Assembly (NCBI GenBank): GCA_041641775.1
Contig: JBEPXR010000004.1
Location: forward strand, 1-32,124
Reading direction: 5' to 3'
DNA: 32,124 nt
From: Desulfobia sp.
GTDB lineage: Bacteria; Desulfobacterota; Desulfobulbia; Desulfobulbales; SURF-16
The notes beneath the pieces are model-generated. The model did no database searches. It was not told the DNA's origin and saw only the letters and a list, made by a program, of their open reading frames with translations. Numbering within the stretch: position 1 is the stretch's first letter; every line of letters begins with the position of its first letter. A program made the position numbers and the translations under genes. Below, piece by piece: positions 1-8,726 of the stretch.

Positions 1-349
1 CGTAACGCCCCATCTCTCGAAGGTAGGTTGTTGTGGCCTCTTCTATTTCCTGTTCATCAGCTTTTTCTTTTACACTATCGACGCTGTCATCGACTTCAAC
101 TTTGACTTCGTCGACTGAAACGGGGCCCAGAGGCCTTTTGTGGGATTTCTGGTCTATAATTTTTTTGCTGACGACTTCTATGTTGTGTTTACCTAAAAAG
201 GTGAAGACTTCATCGATGAAAGCCGCATCTTTGTCTTCCGGGATAAGATCGTTTAAGAAATCGATGCTCAGAAAGCCGTTGTTTTTACCTGCTTCAAGGA
301 GTTTATTTTTAATTTTTGTGATGACCGGTTTCTTGCTTTGCTTTTCCAT
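1..349 (-). CDS. rpoD: RNA polymerase sigma-70 factor, RpoD-like (5' part only, runs off the window start)
   Basis: Not in ORF track. Manual translation from the ATG at 349: MEKQSKKPVITKIKNKLLEAGKKNGFLSIDFLNDLIPEDKDAAFIDEVFTFLGKHNIEVV (region 1.1), an acidic linker, then ATTTYLREMGRY (region 1.2 YLREMG motif). Confidence 0.8.
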   Translation of the reverse strand, partial: MEKQSKKPVITKIKNKLLEAGKNNGFLSIDFLNDLIPEDKDAAFIDEVFTFLGKHNIEVVSKKIIDQKSHKRPLGPVSVDEVKVEVDDSVDSVKEKADEQEIEEATTTYLREMGRY

Positions 350-517
350 GAGAAGTTAAATTCTTTTTTGAGATACTTTTTTATGTAGAAATTCGGTTGC
401 CAATAGTGGTTGCCGCGATCGGTAGGAAATGGAAGATATTAAAAAGTGAAGCCGGTACAGCAGCGGTTACGGATTGCTCCGCCTTCTCTTCCAAGAAACG
501 CAGGCACGAAATTCCCC

Positions 518-546
518 ATGTTAATATTTTGTTTGGGTAATTGCAA
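518..546 (-). promoter_or_regulatory. Putative sigma-70 promoter for the rpoD-like gene
   Basis: Minus strand TTGCAA-N17-TAACAT, about 170 nt upstream of the start codon. Confidence 0.5.
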
Positions 547-548
547 GG

Positions 549-2522
549 CTATTTTGTTCCAGTTTTATATTCGTTGATTTCCTGCAGCTCATGGTCTTTC
601 ACTTCATCAACCTGTTCAGACCCTGGCAGCTGCTCCCGGCCAGATATTGCCTCAAGATGAATGTTCTGTGCCGGCACAGCGAGTTCCAGGCCATTATCTC
701 TAATAATTTCTATAATCTTCAGCAGGATATCCTCCTTGACAGCCAGCCATTTATCCCAGTCAGTGGTTCTGGAGAAACAGTAAATCAGGATATCGATCGT
801 CGAACTGCCGAGACTGTCGACATAGACCATGAGGTCGTTCTTGTAGCCGTACAAATCGTTGGGGGAGACGATATTCTTTCGTGATTTCAGCCAGTTTTGA
901 TTGCTGAAGAAGAGAGAGCGGTGAGGGTTGGCGATTTCGGGATGTTCGGTAAGCATTTTCCGGATTTCCGTTACGCACCTTTTCAGGGACTGAACGTCAC
1001 TCTCATTGGGAAGACTGACGAGGGTTTTTATCCTCCTGCCCAGCTTCCTTCTGCTCCAGTTTCTGATTATTTTGTCTGATAACAGGGCGTTGGGCACAAA
1101 GAGCATTGAGTTGTCAAAGGTCCTTATCGTGGTCTGACGCAGACCCACTTCCACCACCGTTCCCTCGGCCGCCTCTGTTTCTATCCAGTCTCCCAGGGAG
1201 AAAGGATTGGTTATGAGAATGGTAACCGAGGCCAGAAAATTGGCCAGGGTGTCCCTGGCTGCCAGGGCCATGGCCAGACCACCAATACCCAGGGAGGCGA
1301 GTACTGCCGATATATCGTAGTCCATTCTCCTGAGAGCTATGATGACGGCGATAACCACAATTATGAAATAGGATATTTTTATGCCCAGGCCGATGATTTC
1401 CCGCCGCAGGGTGTCCTTGCGTTTGAGAAGATTGCTGGCGGATACCTCACCGTAGATTCTGACCAGGATGAAAGCCGTCCAGATCCAGACTGCCAGTTTC
1501 AGCAGATCAAACAGCAGGACGAGATGGGGAGAAATCGCTGCCGGATAAAAAATGATCCGGATGATATTTTCTGCTATATAAAGGAGAAGAAGAACGGCTA
1601 CCGGCTTGCGGATCGATTTGAGCACATCATCTTCGTCCTCAGTTTCCGACTCTTCCGGGACCAGGTATTTCCTCAAAAGAGATTCCAGCAGCCTGATAAC
1701 TCCCATGTAGAGGAGCAGAGACAGAATGAGAAGCCCCGTGGAAATTACCATTTTCCCTGGATTTATGCCCAGGGGACGAAAAGATGTCAGGCCATTAATC
1801 CTGTTCAGTACTTTCTGGAGACTGATGGAGCCATAGGTAAAGACCTCGGGCATCAGCAGCATGGTATTTTCGGAGAAAAAGGAAAGTATTTCTCGAAACG
1901 AGTTGCGTCTCGCCTTGAGCCTGTTCAGAGTGTCCTGCAGCTCACGGTGGATCTCGCTCTGGCTGGCCGTGTCCAGAGCTGCCTCATATCTGGAAATATC
2001 AAGGTCGGCAAGCTCCCGCAGTTTAGCTTTGAAGAGCTCCAGCAGCTTTTCTTCCTCACCGGGCTTATGGAGCAGCTTTTTGATATCCTTGCAGCAGGCG
2101 TCGATTTTTTTGTTGAGCTTCAGGTAGTCAATTCTGACTTCATCCCTGATGACGGCTGTATGGTTGCCAAGTCTGGAGTTGGTTTCAATTCTGTTTTCCA
2201 GTTTTTGTACGTCAGCTTTGAACCTGGCCTCTTGAAAGGAAGAATAAATTTCCCCTTTCAGGATCTTTTCCGGAATTCCTTCTATAATGGTAATCTTCTG
2301 ATTAATCAGTCTGGTGAGGTTGTCCCTCCCGCTGTCGAAATCTTTTTTATCTTCCAGAGCGGCAGCGGTCTGGTTGATCTCCTGATTAATCGATTCTATT
2401 TTTTCAAGTATTTGGAATATGTTGGCGGGTTGAGTCGAAGAAGATTCTGCACTGGAGAGAGAACAGGGGGATAAGAAGGCTATGAAACTGAACAGGAGGA
2501 CTGTCCGCAGTACTTTATCCAA
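549..2522 (-). CDS. MscS-family mechanosensitive channel with a large N-terminal periplasmic helical domain
   Basis: 657 aa. Signal peptide, coiled-coil N-terminal region, TM helices, and MscS signatures ASLGIGGLAMALAARDTLANFL, PFSLGDWI, GTVVEVGLRQTTIRTFDNSMLFVPN. TTG start. Confidence 0.9.
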   Translation of the reverse strand: MDKVLRTVLLFSFIAFLSPCSLSSAESSSTQPANIFQILEKIESINQEINQTAAALEDKKDFDSGRDNLTRLINQKITIIEGIPEKILKGEIYSSFQEARFKADVQKLENRIETNSRLGNHTAVIRDEVRIDYLKLNKKIDACCKDIKKLLHKPGEEEKLLELFKAKLRELADLDISRYEAALDTASQSEIHRELQDTLNRLKARRNSFREILSFFSENTMLLMPEVFTYGSISLQKVLNRINGLTSFRPLGINPGKMVISTGLLILSLLLYMGVIRLLESLLRKYLVPEESETEDEDDVLKSIRKPVAVLLLLYIAENIIRIIFYPAAISPHLVLLFDLLKLAVWIWTAFILVRIYGEVSASNLLKRKDTLRREIIGLGIKISYFIIVVIAVIIALRRMDYDISAVLASLGIGGLAMALAARDTLANFLASVTILITNPFSLGDWIETEAAEGTVVEVGLRQTTIRTFDNSMLFVPNALLSDKIIRNWSRRKLGRRIKTLVSLPNESDVQSLKRCVTEIRKMLTEHPEIANPHRSLFFSNQNWLKSRKNIVSPNDLYGYKNDLMVYVDSLGSSTIDILIYCFSRTTDWDKWLAVKEDILLKIIEIIRDNGLELAVPAQNIHLEAISGREQLPGSEQVDEVKDHELQEINEYKTGTK

Positions 2523-2677
2523 GGTGAGTCGTGCTGCTGCTTTGCTGAGTTGATATAATCGGTTCGAACATCGCCTGCGATTTTCCCGGGATCCTACGGG
2601 ATCATGTTAATGGTATCAGGCGGGCAAACCGGTTGCCAGCTATTTTTCAGGATTGTTGCTCTTTCGTCTCCATATAG

Positions 2678-2705
2678 TTGACAGGGAATGCCAGGATTGT
2701 AAATT
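2678..2705 (+). promoter_or_regulatory. Putative sigma-70 promoter for the heptosyltransferase gene
   Basis: TTGACA-N16-TAAATT (perfect -35) in the divergent intergenic region. Confidence 0.5.
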
Positions 2706-2726
2706 AAGGAATTATATTTTTTTACT

Positions 2727-3845
2727 GTGAAGAATATAAGAGAGCTGCCGCTTAAGTCAACAGAGGTGGAGAAAATTACCGGAGAAAAAATTTTAATCAT
2801 CAAACCGAGTTCACTGGGGGATATTATACATACCCTTCCGGTGGCGCATGCCATCAAAAGAGGCCATCCCGACTGCCATCTGGGCTGGCTGGTACAGAAA
2901 CCTTTCCGCACTCTGCTGGAAAGAGATCCTGCCGTAGATGAGGTTATTGCCCTTAATATCCCTTCCACCAGTGAACCCGGCGCAGGTTTCCGGTCCTGGC
3001 TGCTGGCGGGCAGGGCAACTTTCACCACCCTCCTGGAGCTGCGAAGACGCTTCAAGAGAGATCCTTTTGATCTGGTTCTCGACCTGCAGGCTTCGTTCCG
3101 TTCGGCACTTATCAGCCAGGCCAATCCTGGAGGATTCCGGGTGGGCTTTGCAGACGCCCGGGAAGGAAATTCTCTGATTCAGGACCACAGGATAGAGGTG
3201 ACTGAGCCGAGAATGCACGCCCTGGATAAAAACCTCCTTTTTTGCAGCTATCTTGAATGTACCGTCTTGAAAGATGATTTTTTTCTGCCATTCAATCATG
3301 ATGATGAACTGGCAGCTGGAAAATTCCTGAGGAGTTATGTCGGAAAGATAGTCTCCAATAAAAAAATTATCTATTTTAACCCGGCAGCCCGCTGGGAAAC
3401 CAAATTCTGGCAGCCCGAAAAATGGGCCTTGCTGGGGGACAGATTGGCCGGAGAACTCGACAGCCTCGTCATTTTAGCCGGCGGCAGGGGAGACCGGAAT
3501 TATCTCATGAGGATTGCAGGATACATGAAGGAGAGAGCGGCAGTCACTGCCGGAGACCTGTCCCTTGCCGGCATCGCGGCCCTGATGGCCAGGACCTCCG
3601 TTTATGTAGGGCTTGATTCGGGACCCATGCATATGGCGGCAATGGCAGGAGTTCCGGTGGCAGCACTTTTCGGGCCGACTAATCCCGAACTGGTCAAACC
3701 CTATGGTGTGGCGCACCGGATAATCAGAAACGAGGGAATGGATTGTCTCGGCTGCCGGAAAAGGAGCTGTGAAACGCTGACCTGTATGAAAGGTATTACG
3801 GTGGACCAAGTCCATGAGGCAGTGCTTGAGCTGGCAAACAGGTAA
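2727..3845 (+). CDS. LPS heptosyltransferase (GT9 family, WaaC/WaaF-like)
   Basis: ILIIKPSSLGDIIH, FDLVLDLQ, WETKFW, DSGPMHMAAMAGVPVAALFGPT and C-terminal CxxC...C...CMKGI. The start may instead be GTG 2766. Confidence 0.9.
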   Translation: MKNIRELPLKSTEVEKITGEKILIIKPSSLGDIIHTLPVAHAIKRGHPDCHLGWLVQKPFRTLLERDPAVDEVIALNIPSTSEPGAGFRSWLLAGRATFTTLLELRRRFKRDPFDLVLDLQASFRSALISQANPGGFRVGFADAREGNSLIQDHRIEVTEPRMHALDKNLLFCSYLECTVLKDDFFLPFNHDDELAAGKFLRSYVGKIVSNKKIIYFNPAARWETKFWQPEKWALLGDRLAGELDSLVILAGGRGDRNYLMRIAGYMKERAAVTAGDLSLAGIAALMARTSVYVGLDSGPMHMAAMAGVPVAALFGPTNPELVKPYGVAHRIIRNEGMDCLGCRKRSCETLTCMKGITVDQVHEAVLELANR

Positions 3846-4634
3846 TCAGTCCAGGTAAAAGCGGCTCAGGGCGGTCAGGCTTTCTTCCAGCTCTTCTTTG
3901 CGGTGGGGTTCCAGGGTCACGACAGGATTGACATTGTTTGTCTTGAGCCAGTTAAAGAGACCGGCAAAATCGAATTTTCCCTTTCCCATGGGCAGATGAT
4001 CGTCTCGCAGGCCATGATTGTCATGGAGATGGAGTTGGCCGAGCCAGGGTTTCATAACGGGGAGCCAGTTTTGCCAGATGTCTCCGGCAAAGGCCAGGAG
4101 GTGTCCAGTGTCCAGGCAGAACCCGGCATAGTCTGAATCAATGGCTTCAAGAATCTTCTTATGCCGACCGGGTGCTGTTTCATAAGTGTTTTCAAGCATC
4201 AAGGGTGTGTCAGCTTCTTTCGCCCGGTTGACAAAAATCTGCCAGGCTTCCAGATTATACCGCAGCCACTCCTCCTCTTTATAGCTGTGCTTATTTTCTT
4301 CAAAACCCAGGTGGCAGACAATGGATGCCGGTTTAAATACCGGCAGCAGATCCAGAGACAGATGTATTTTAGAGCGGCTGGCTTCTCTGATATAGGGGTC
4401 TACGGCCCCGACACTCAATTCATGAAAGGGGGCGTGCAGAGTGCAGTGCAACTCGGCTTCCTGAAGTTTGCCGGCTACTTCATCGAACAGGGTCCGCGGG
4501 GTTTCGTACAGGATATTGCCTTCCAGGCCGATCTCCGGCTGAATTCTCTTTTCCAGAAGCCAGTCGAGATTATCATGGAGAAAACCAAAGGGGGCATTAA
4601 CAAAGCACTGGCTGGTGATCTCGCTGCTGTTCAT
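3846..4634 (-). CDS. Sugar phosphate isomerase/epimerase (xylose isomerase-like / AP endonuclease 2 TIM barrel)
   Basis: Metal-binding motifs TLHAPF, VCHLG, MLENT, CLDTGH, LHLHDNHG..DDHL, TLEPH. Confidence 0.85.
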   Translation of the reverse strand: MNSSEITSQCFVNAPFGFLHDNLDWLLEKRIQPEIGLEGNILYETPRTLFDEVAGKLQEAELHCTLHAPFHELSVGAVDPYIREASRSKIHLSLDLLPVFKPASIVCHLGFEENKHSYKEEEWLRYNLEAWQIFVNRAKEADTPLMLENTYETAPGRHKKILEAIDSDYAGFCLDTGHLLAFAGDIWQNWLPVMKPWLGQLHLHDNHGLRDDHLPMGKGKFDFAGLFNWLKTNNVNPVVTLEPHRKEELEESLTALSRFYLD

Positions 4635-4667
4635 TTTGCTGCCAGATATATTCGGTTGCCTGATTTT

Positions 4668-4832
4668 TCAGAAAGTCTCTGCTTCATCGATCAGCATGAT
4701 AGGGATGTCATCTTCTATCCTGTAGATGAGACGGCATTTTTCACAGATCAATCCATCTTTTCGTTCGTTTAAAACTACAGGCCCCTTGCACTTCGGACAG
4801 GCCAGTATGTCAATCAGATCCTGTTGTATCAT
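4668..4832 (-). CDS. Trm112/YcaR (UPF0434) family small zinc-ribbon protein, 54 aa
   Basis: Below the ORF-track cutoff. Translation MIQQDLIDILACPKCKGPVVLNERKDGLICEKCRLIYRIEDDIPIMLIDEAETF matches the LACPxCKG...Y.I.D.IP.ML.DEA pattern. Strong SD AGGAGG upstream; typical LPS/msbA neighbourhood. Confidence 0.92.
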   Translation of the reverse strand: MIQQDLIDILACPKCKGPVVLNERKDGLICEKCRLIYRIEDDIPIMLIDEAETF

Positions 4833-5048
4833 AATTCCTCCTGGGCGGTTTCGGGTCCCGAGTCTCTTAATGAAAAGGTTTGTATGTCTTCCAGATCATG
4901 GACCCTGCTACATTATATATTGTCATATTCACTTATAAGGAGTAGATTTAGCGCCTTTCGTAGAAAAGAACGCAGCGCCGCCGGATAGTCCAGCTTGAAG
5001 CCGACAGGCAATATACCATAGATGACTTTTTAACAATTTAATTTTTTA

Positions 5049-6788
5049 ATGGCCGTCAAGAATTCTTTACGAACCATCTTTGATCCCAAAATCGTGAGGC
5101 TCATCCGGCCGTATTCCCGGAGAGTCATCCTGGCCATATTTTTCAGTCTGCTGGCCTCAGCTGCCAGCGGAGGGATCGCCTGGCTCCTCAAGCCAATAGT
5201 CGATTCCATTTTTGTCGAGAAAAAATACACCCTGCTTACTTTTCTTCCCGCCATTGTCGTTTTGCTCTATGCTTTCCAGGGGGGCTGCCAGCTCATTTAC
5301 AGTTATCTTATCAGGACCGCTGGATTTCAGCTGGTTCGTGATACCCGTCAGAGACTTTATGAACATCTGCACAGGCTGCCGGTAGCTTCTCTGGGAAAGG
5401 AGTCGGCCGGTAAGGTAATATCCCGTTTCCTGAATGACACCACTCAGGTCCAGAAGATGGTTTCTCAGATTATGCTGACTGTCTTCAAGCATCTGCCAAC
5501 TATATTCGTCCTTTTGGGAGTGGCCTTTTACAGACGATGGGATGTCACTCTTCTTTCTCTGATCGTCCTGCCCGGCATTGCCCTTTATTCACACCGGCAG
5601 GGCAAGAGGGTGAAAAAAAAGCGAAACAGGGCCCAGCAGCAGCTGGCCACTCTGACCCATATCATTAACGAAACGATCAGCGGGGTCAAGGTCATCAAGT
5701 CCTTTCTCAATGAACCGGGCCTGATCCGTCGTTTCAATCAGACTATTTCCGCCCAGTACCGGCAGGAGGCCAAGATAATCCTGCACAAAGAACTGGCCAA
5801 GTTTGTCGCCAATCTCTCCACCGGGGTGGGGATAGGGCTGGTAATCTGGTATGGAGGGGGGCTGGTTGTTGACGGCACTATCACCAGCGGCGATCTCTTT
5901 TCTGCTCTGGGTGCCATGGTCATGGTCTTCTCTCCCGTTAAGGAGATTAGCAAGGCCTATGCTCTGTACCAGGAAATCACCGCTGCTACTGAGAGGTTGT
6001 GGTGGCTCGAGCAGCTGGAAGTGGAGCAGAGTGGTGAGACATCCCTGCCTGAATTCAGGAAAGAGATTCGTTATGAAAATGTCTCCCATCGTTACGATCC
6101 CGCCAGTGAAAAGGCGTTGCACAATATTAACCTGACCATTCGTAAAGGAGAGACTGTGGCCTTCGTCGGCCCCAGTGGAGCAGGTAAGACAACGATGATC
6201 GACCTGCTCCCACGGTTTTTCGATCCAAGTGAAGGAGGAATACTGATCGACGACCTTGATATAAGACAGATTCAACTGGCCGATCTCCGCAGACTTATCG
6301 GTCTGGTGAGCCAGGATGTTATACTTTTCAATGACACGGTCAGGGCCAATATCGCCTTTGGAACAGAAGATGTCCAGGTGGAAGAAATCGAGAAGGCCGC
6401 TGCAATGGCTTATGCCCATGATTTCATTCAACAGCTTCCCAACGGCTATGAAACTGTCCTGGGAGAAGGCGGAATCAGTCTCTCAGGAGGACAGCGCCAG
6501 CGGATTGCCATTTCCAGGGCTATTCTGAAAAACGGTCCTATCCTCATTCTCGATGAAGCTACCTCGGCCCTGGATAACACTTCCGAAACCCTGGTGCAGC
6601 ATGCTTTGGAAGAGTTGATGAAGGATAAGACAACGATTGTCGTAGCCCATCGTCTCTCCACGATCAAAAACGCCGACCGGATTCTGGTCTTCGACCGGGG
6701 CCGGATAGTTGCCCACGGTACGCACCAGGAGCTGCTAGGCCGCTCGGACCTATACAGGGAGCTTTACAGTTCGCTGTCCGCAGCCTAG
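5049..6788 (+). CDS. msbA: Lipid A export ABC transporter, permease/ATPase (MsbA-like)
   Basis: N-terminal transmembrane domain, Walker A GPSGAGKT, signature LSGGQRQR, Walker B ILILDEATS, AHRLSTI; LPS gene context. Confidence 0.8.
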   Translation: MAVKNSLRTIFDPKIVRLIRPYSRRVILAIFFSLLASAASGGIAWLLKPIVDSIFVEKKYTLLTFLPAIVVLLYAFQGGCQLIYSYLIRTAGFQLVRDTRQRLYEHLHRLPVASLGKESAGKVISRFLNDTTQVQKMVSQIMLTVFKHLPTIFVLLGVAFYRRWDVTLLSLIVLPGIALYSHRQGKRVKKKRNRAQQQLATLTHIINETISGVKVIKSFLNEPGLIRRFNQTISAQYRQEAKIILHKELAKFVANLSTGVGIGLVIWYGGGLVVDGTITSGDLFSALGAMVMVFSPVKEISKAYALYQEITAATERLWWLEQLEVEQSGETSLPEFRKEIRYENVSHRYDPASEKALHNINLTIRKGETVAFVGPSGAGKTTMIDLLPRFFDPSEGGILIDDLDIRQIQLADLRRLIGLVSQDVILFNDTVRANIAFGTEDVQVEEIEKAAAMAYAHDFIQQLPNGYETVLGEGGISLSGGQRQRIAISRAILKNGPILILDEATSALDNTSETLVQHALEELMKDKTTIVVAHRLSTIKNADRILVFDRGRIVAHGTHQELLGRSDLYRELYSSLSAA

Positions 6789-6858
6789 GGTCGTTGATCG
6801 GAGCTGGCAAATTCGCAAATTTCTCATACTTCTCTAACGATACAGATAAGATCAGGAG

Positions 6859-8385
6859 ATGATGAAACAGTACTCGCCTTCCTGGAAAATCAGTGGTTCC
6901 CTGTTGAGCTTCATTCTGACCTACTGGATTATCTTCTTAAATCCAGTAATCAATCATGACGGCATTCTTTATCTCCAGACTGCAGACCTGTTCCTCCAGG
7001 GAGATTGGAGCGGAGCCGTCAATCTGTACCCCTGGCCTTTTTATCCTCTTATCATTGCCATCCTGAGCAAGTTCACATCCCTGGCGCTTGAATCGTCGGC
7101 CCACCTGATTACCGCACTTTCCGCGGCTATGCTGACCTATGTTTTTCTTGTTCTTTTACAGGAGATCGACCGAGAGAAGACTGTCCCGTTTTTCATTGCG
7201 GTCTTTGTCATCGTTTTTTTTTCGGAGCTGAATGAAACCAGAAATCTGATTGTCAGGGAACATGGATACTGGTCCTTCTATCTCCTGGCTCTTCTCTTAT
7301 TCCTCCGTTTTTACAGGTTGCCGACCATTTTCTACGGCCTCGGCTGGAACATGTGCATGATAATCGCTACCCTGTTCCGGATTGAGGGTCTGGTCTTTCT
7401 TGTGTTGCTCCCCGTTCTGTTCCTGTTACGTAAGGACCTGAGATTGCTGACAAGATGCAGACAGTTCCTGGCTGCTAACTGTCTGACCATGGGGCTTGTG
7501 CTCGGCGGCCTGCTGCTGTTTTTCACCGGCCTGCTGCCGGAATGGCTGAACAGCAGCCGGCTTACCGACCCCCTGTTCTTTCTGAACAGGCTTCAGGATG
7601 CCCTGGGTGGGGGGTTGGCGGAGAACGCCGCTGTTATTGAAGATGAGATCCTGAACAAGTATTCGGGGGATGCGGCTATCTGGGCGGCTCTTGCTATACC
7701 TCTTATTATCATTGGCCTGGCACTCATCAAGGCTCTGACTCCACTTTATGCGGTACTTCTCTGCTGGCAGCCCGGCCGCAATATATCGCGCCTGCGAAAT
7801 CTGGAAGGTGCTGTTTTCCTTTGGGCAGTCTTTCTGAATCTGCTCATCTTTGTCGTAGTTACCCTCGCCCGTTATTTTCTTTTTGAGCGTTTTGTCCTGC
7901 CCCTCGTCTTCTTACTGCTGCTTGTCCTTTGTTTTACCCTTGCAGCCCTCTATGCCCGCTGGAAGAAAGAGGGCGGTAGACAGCAGCCATGGCGGAAGAA
8001 ATGGATCTACTATCTGCTCTGTCTGCTGCTGATTGTAAACAGCGGCGAAGCCCTTTTTCATCTTCCCGGAGACTCGAAAAGATACCTCAAAACCGCTGGC
8101 ATATGGCTCCGGGAGAATGTTGATCAAGATGCCCGGATATTTACCAATAATATCAAATTGCGTTTTTACAGTGGCAAGTTGGATAACGAAGATCTGCCGG
8201 CTCACGAGATAATTGCCGAGGAGAGTCTGCGAAATTGGCTGAGAGAGGAATACGACTATTACGCCCTTTGGCTCGATCACCGCAGCTCCCTCTCCGGCGA
8301 TGAGGTTGACACTCTGATGGGAGGCGGTCCATTGCATCGTTTTGCCAACAACAGGGGCGATCAGGTTTTGATATACCGGAGATGA
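6859..8385 (+). CDS. Polytopic membrane protein, probable GT-C fold glycosyltransferase (PMT/ArnT-like)
   Basis: About 11-13 hydrophobic segments, first-loop motif NHDGILYL followed by YPWPFYPLII, short soluble C-terminal domain; directly downstream of msbA. Confidence 0.6.
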   Translation: MMKQYSPSWKISGSLLSFILTYWIIFLNPVINHDGILYLQTADLFLQGDWSGAVNLYPWPFYPLIIAILSKFTSLALESSAHLITALSAAMLTYVFLVLLQEIDREKTVPFFIAVFVIVFFSELNETRNLIVREHGYWSFYLLALLLFLRFYRLPTIFYGLGWNMCMIIATLFRIEGLVFLVLLPVLFLLRKDLRLLTRCRQFLAANCLTMGLVLGGLLLFFTGLLPEWLNSSRLTDPLFFLNRLQDALGGGLAENAAVIEDEILNKYSGDAAIWAALAIPLIIIGLALIKALTPLYAVLLCWQPGRNISRLRNLEGAVFLWAVFLNLLIFVVVTLARYFLFERFVLPLVFLLLLVLCFTLAALYARWKKEGGRQQPWRKKWIYYLLCLLLIVNSGEALFHLPGDSKRYLKTAGIWLRENVDQDARIFTNNIKLRFYSGKLDNEDLPAHEIIAEESLRNWLREEYDYYALWLDHRSSLSGDEVDTLMGGGPLHRFANNRGDQVLIYRR

Positions 8386-8674
8386 ATATTCTTGTTTCGC
8401 ACGGCGGTTCTGCTGCCATTTTCAGAGGAATCGCAGCAGGATTAAGACTGGCGGTCATCCCGTCATTGGTGCTGCAGCAATAACGGATTCGAATGAGGTA
8501 ATATACCCGAGCTCTGTTCTGGAAGAAATTTGATTACATCGGAGAGATTCGATGAACTTGAATTCAGGGAGCTATTGTTATCAGCTGCAATTCCGTATGG
8601 TTTTGTGGAGATAAGAAGGGCAGAAATATACTGATAATTTTTTACAATTGACGTTTTTCCGCACTGATTTTATT

Positions 8675-8683
8675 TGCTACACT
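8675..8683 (+). promoter_or_regulatory. Putative extended -10 promoter of the hydrogenase operon
   Basis: TG-C-TACACT (TGn-TAnnnT) in an AT-rich region. TTGACG at 8648 is an alternative -35. SD AAGGAGGT precedes ATG 8727. Confidence 0.35.
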
Positions 8684-8726
8684 ATAGCAGTGAACCAACG
8701 CATCCCTTAACGCAAGGAGGTAAACC

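Noticed and set aside
33-359. 108-aa Ser-rich plus-strand ORF
   Set aside because: Antisense to the acidic rpoD N-terminus.
8382-8483. 33-codon ORF (MNILVSHGG...) overlapping the stop of the GT-C-like gene via ATGA
   Set aside because: Short, no recognisable motif and no independent support; cannot be told from chance.
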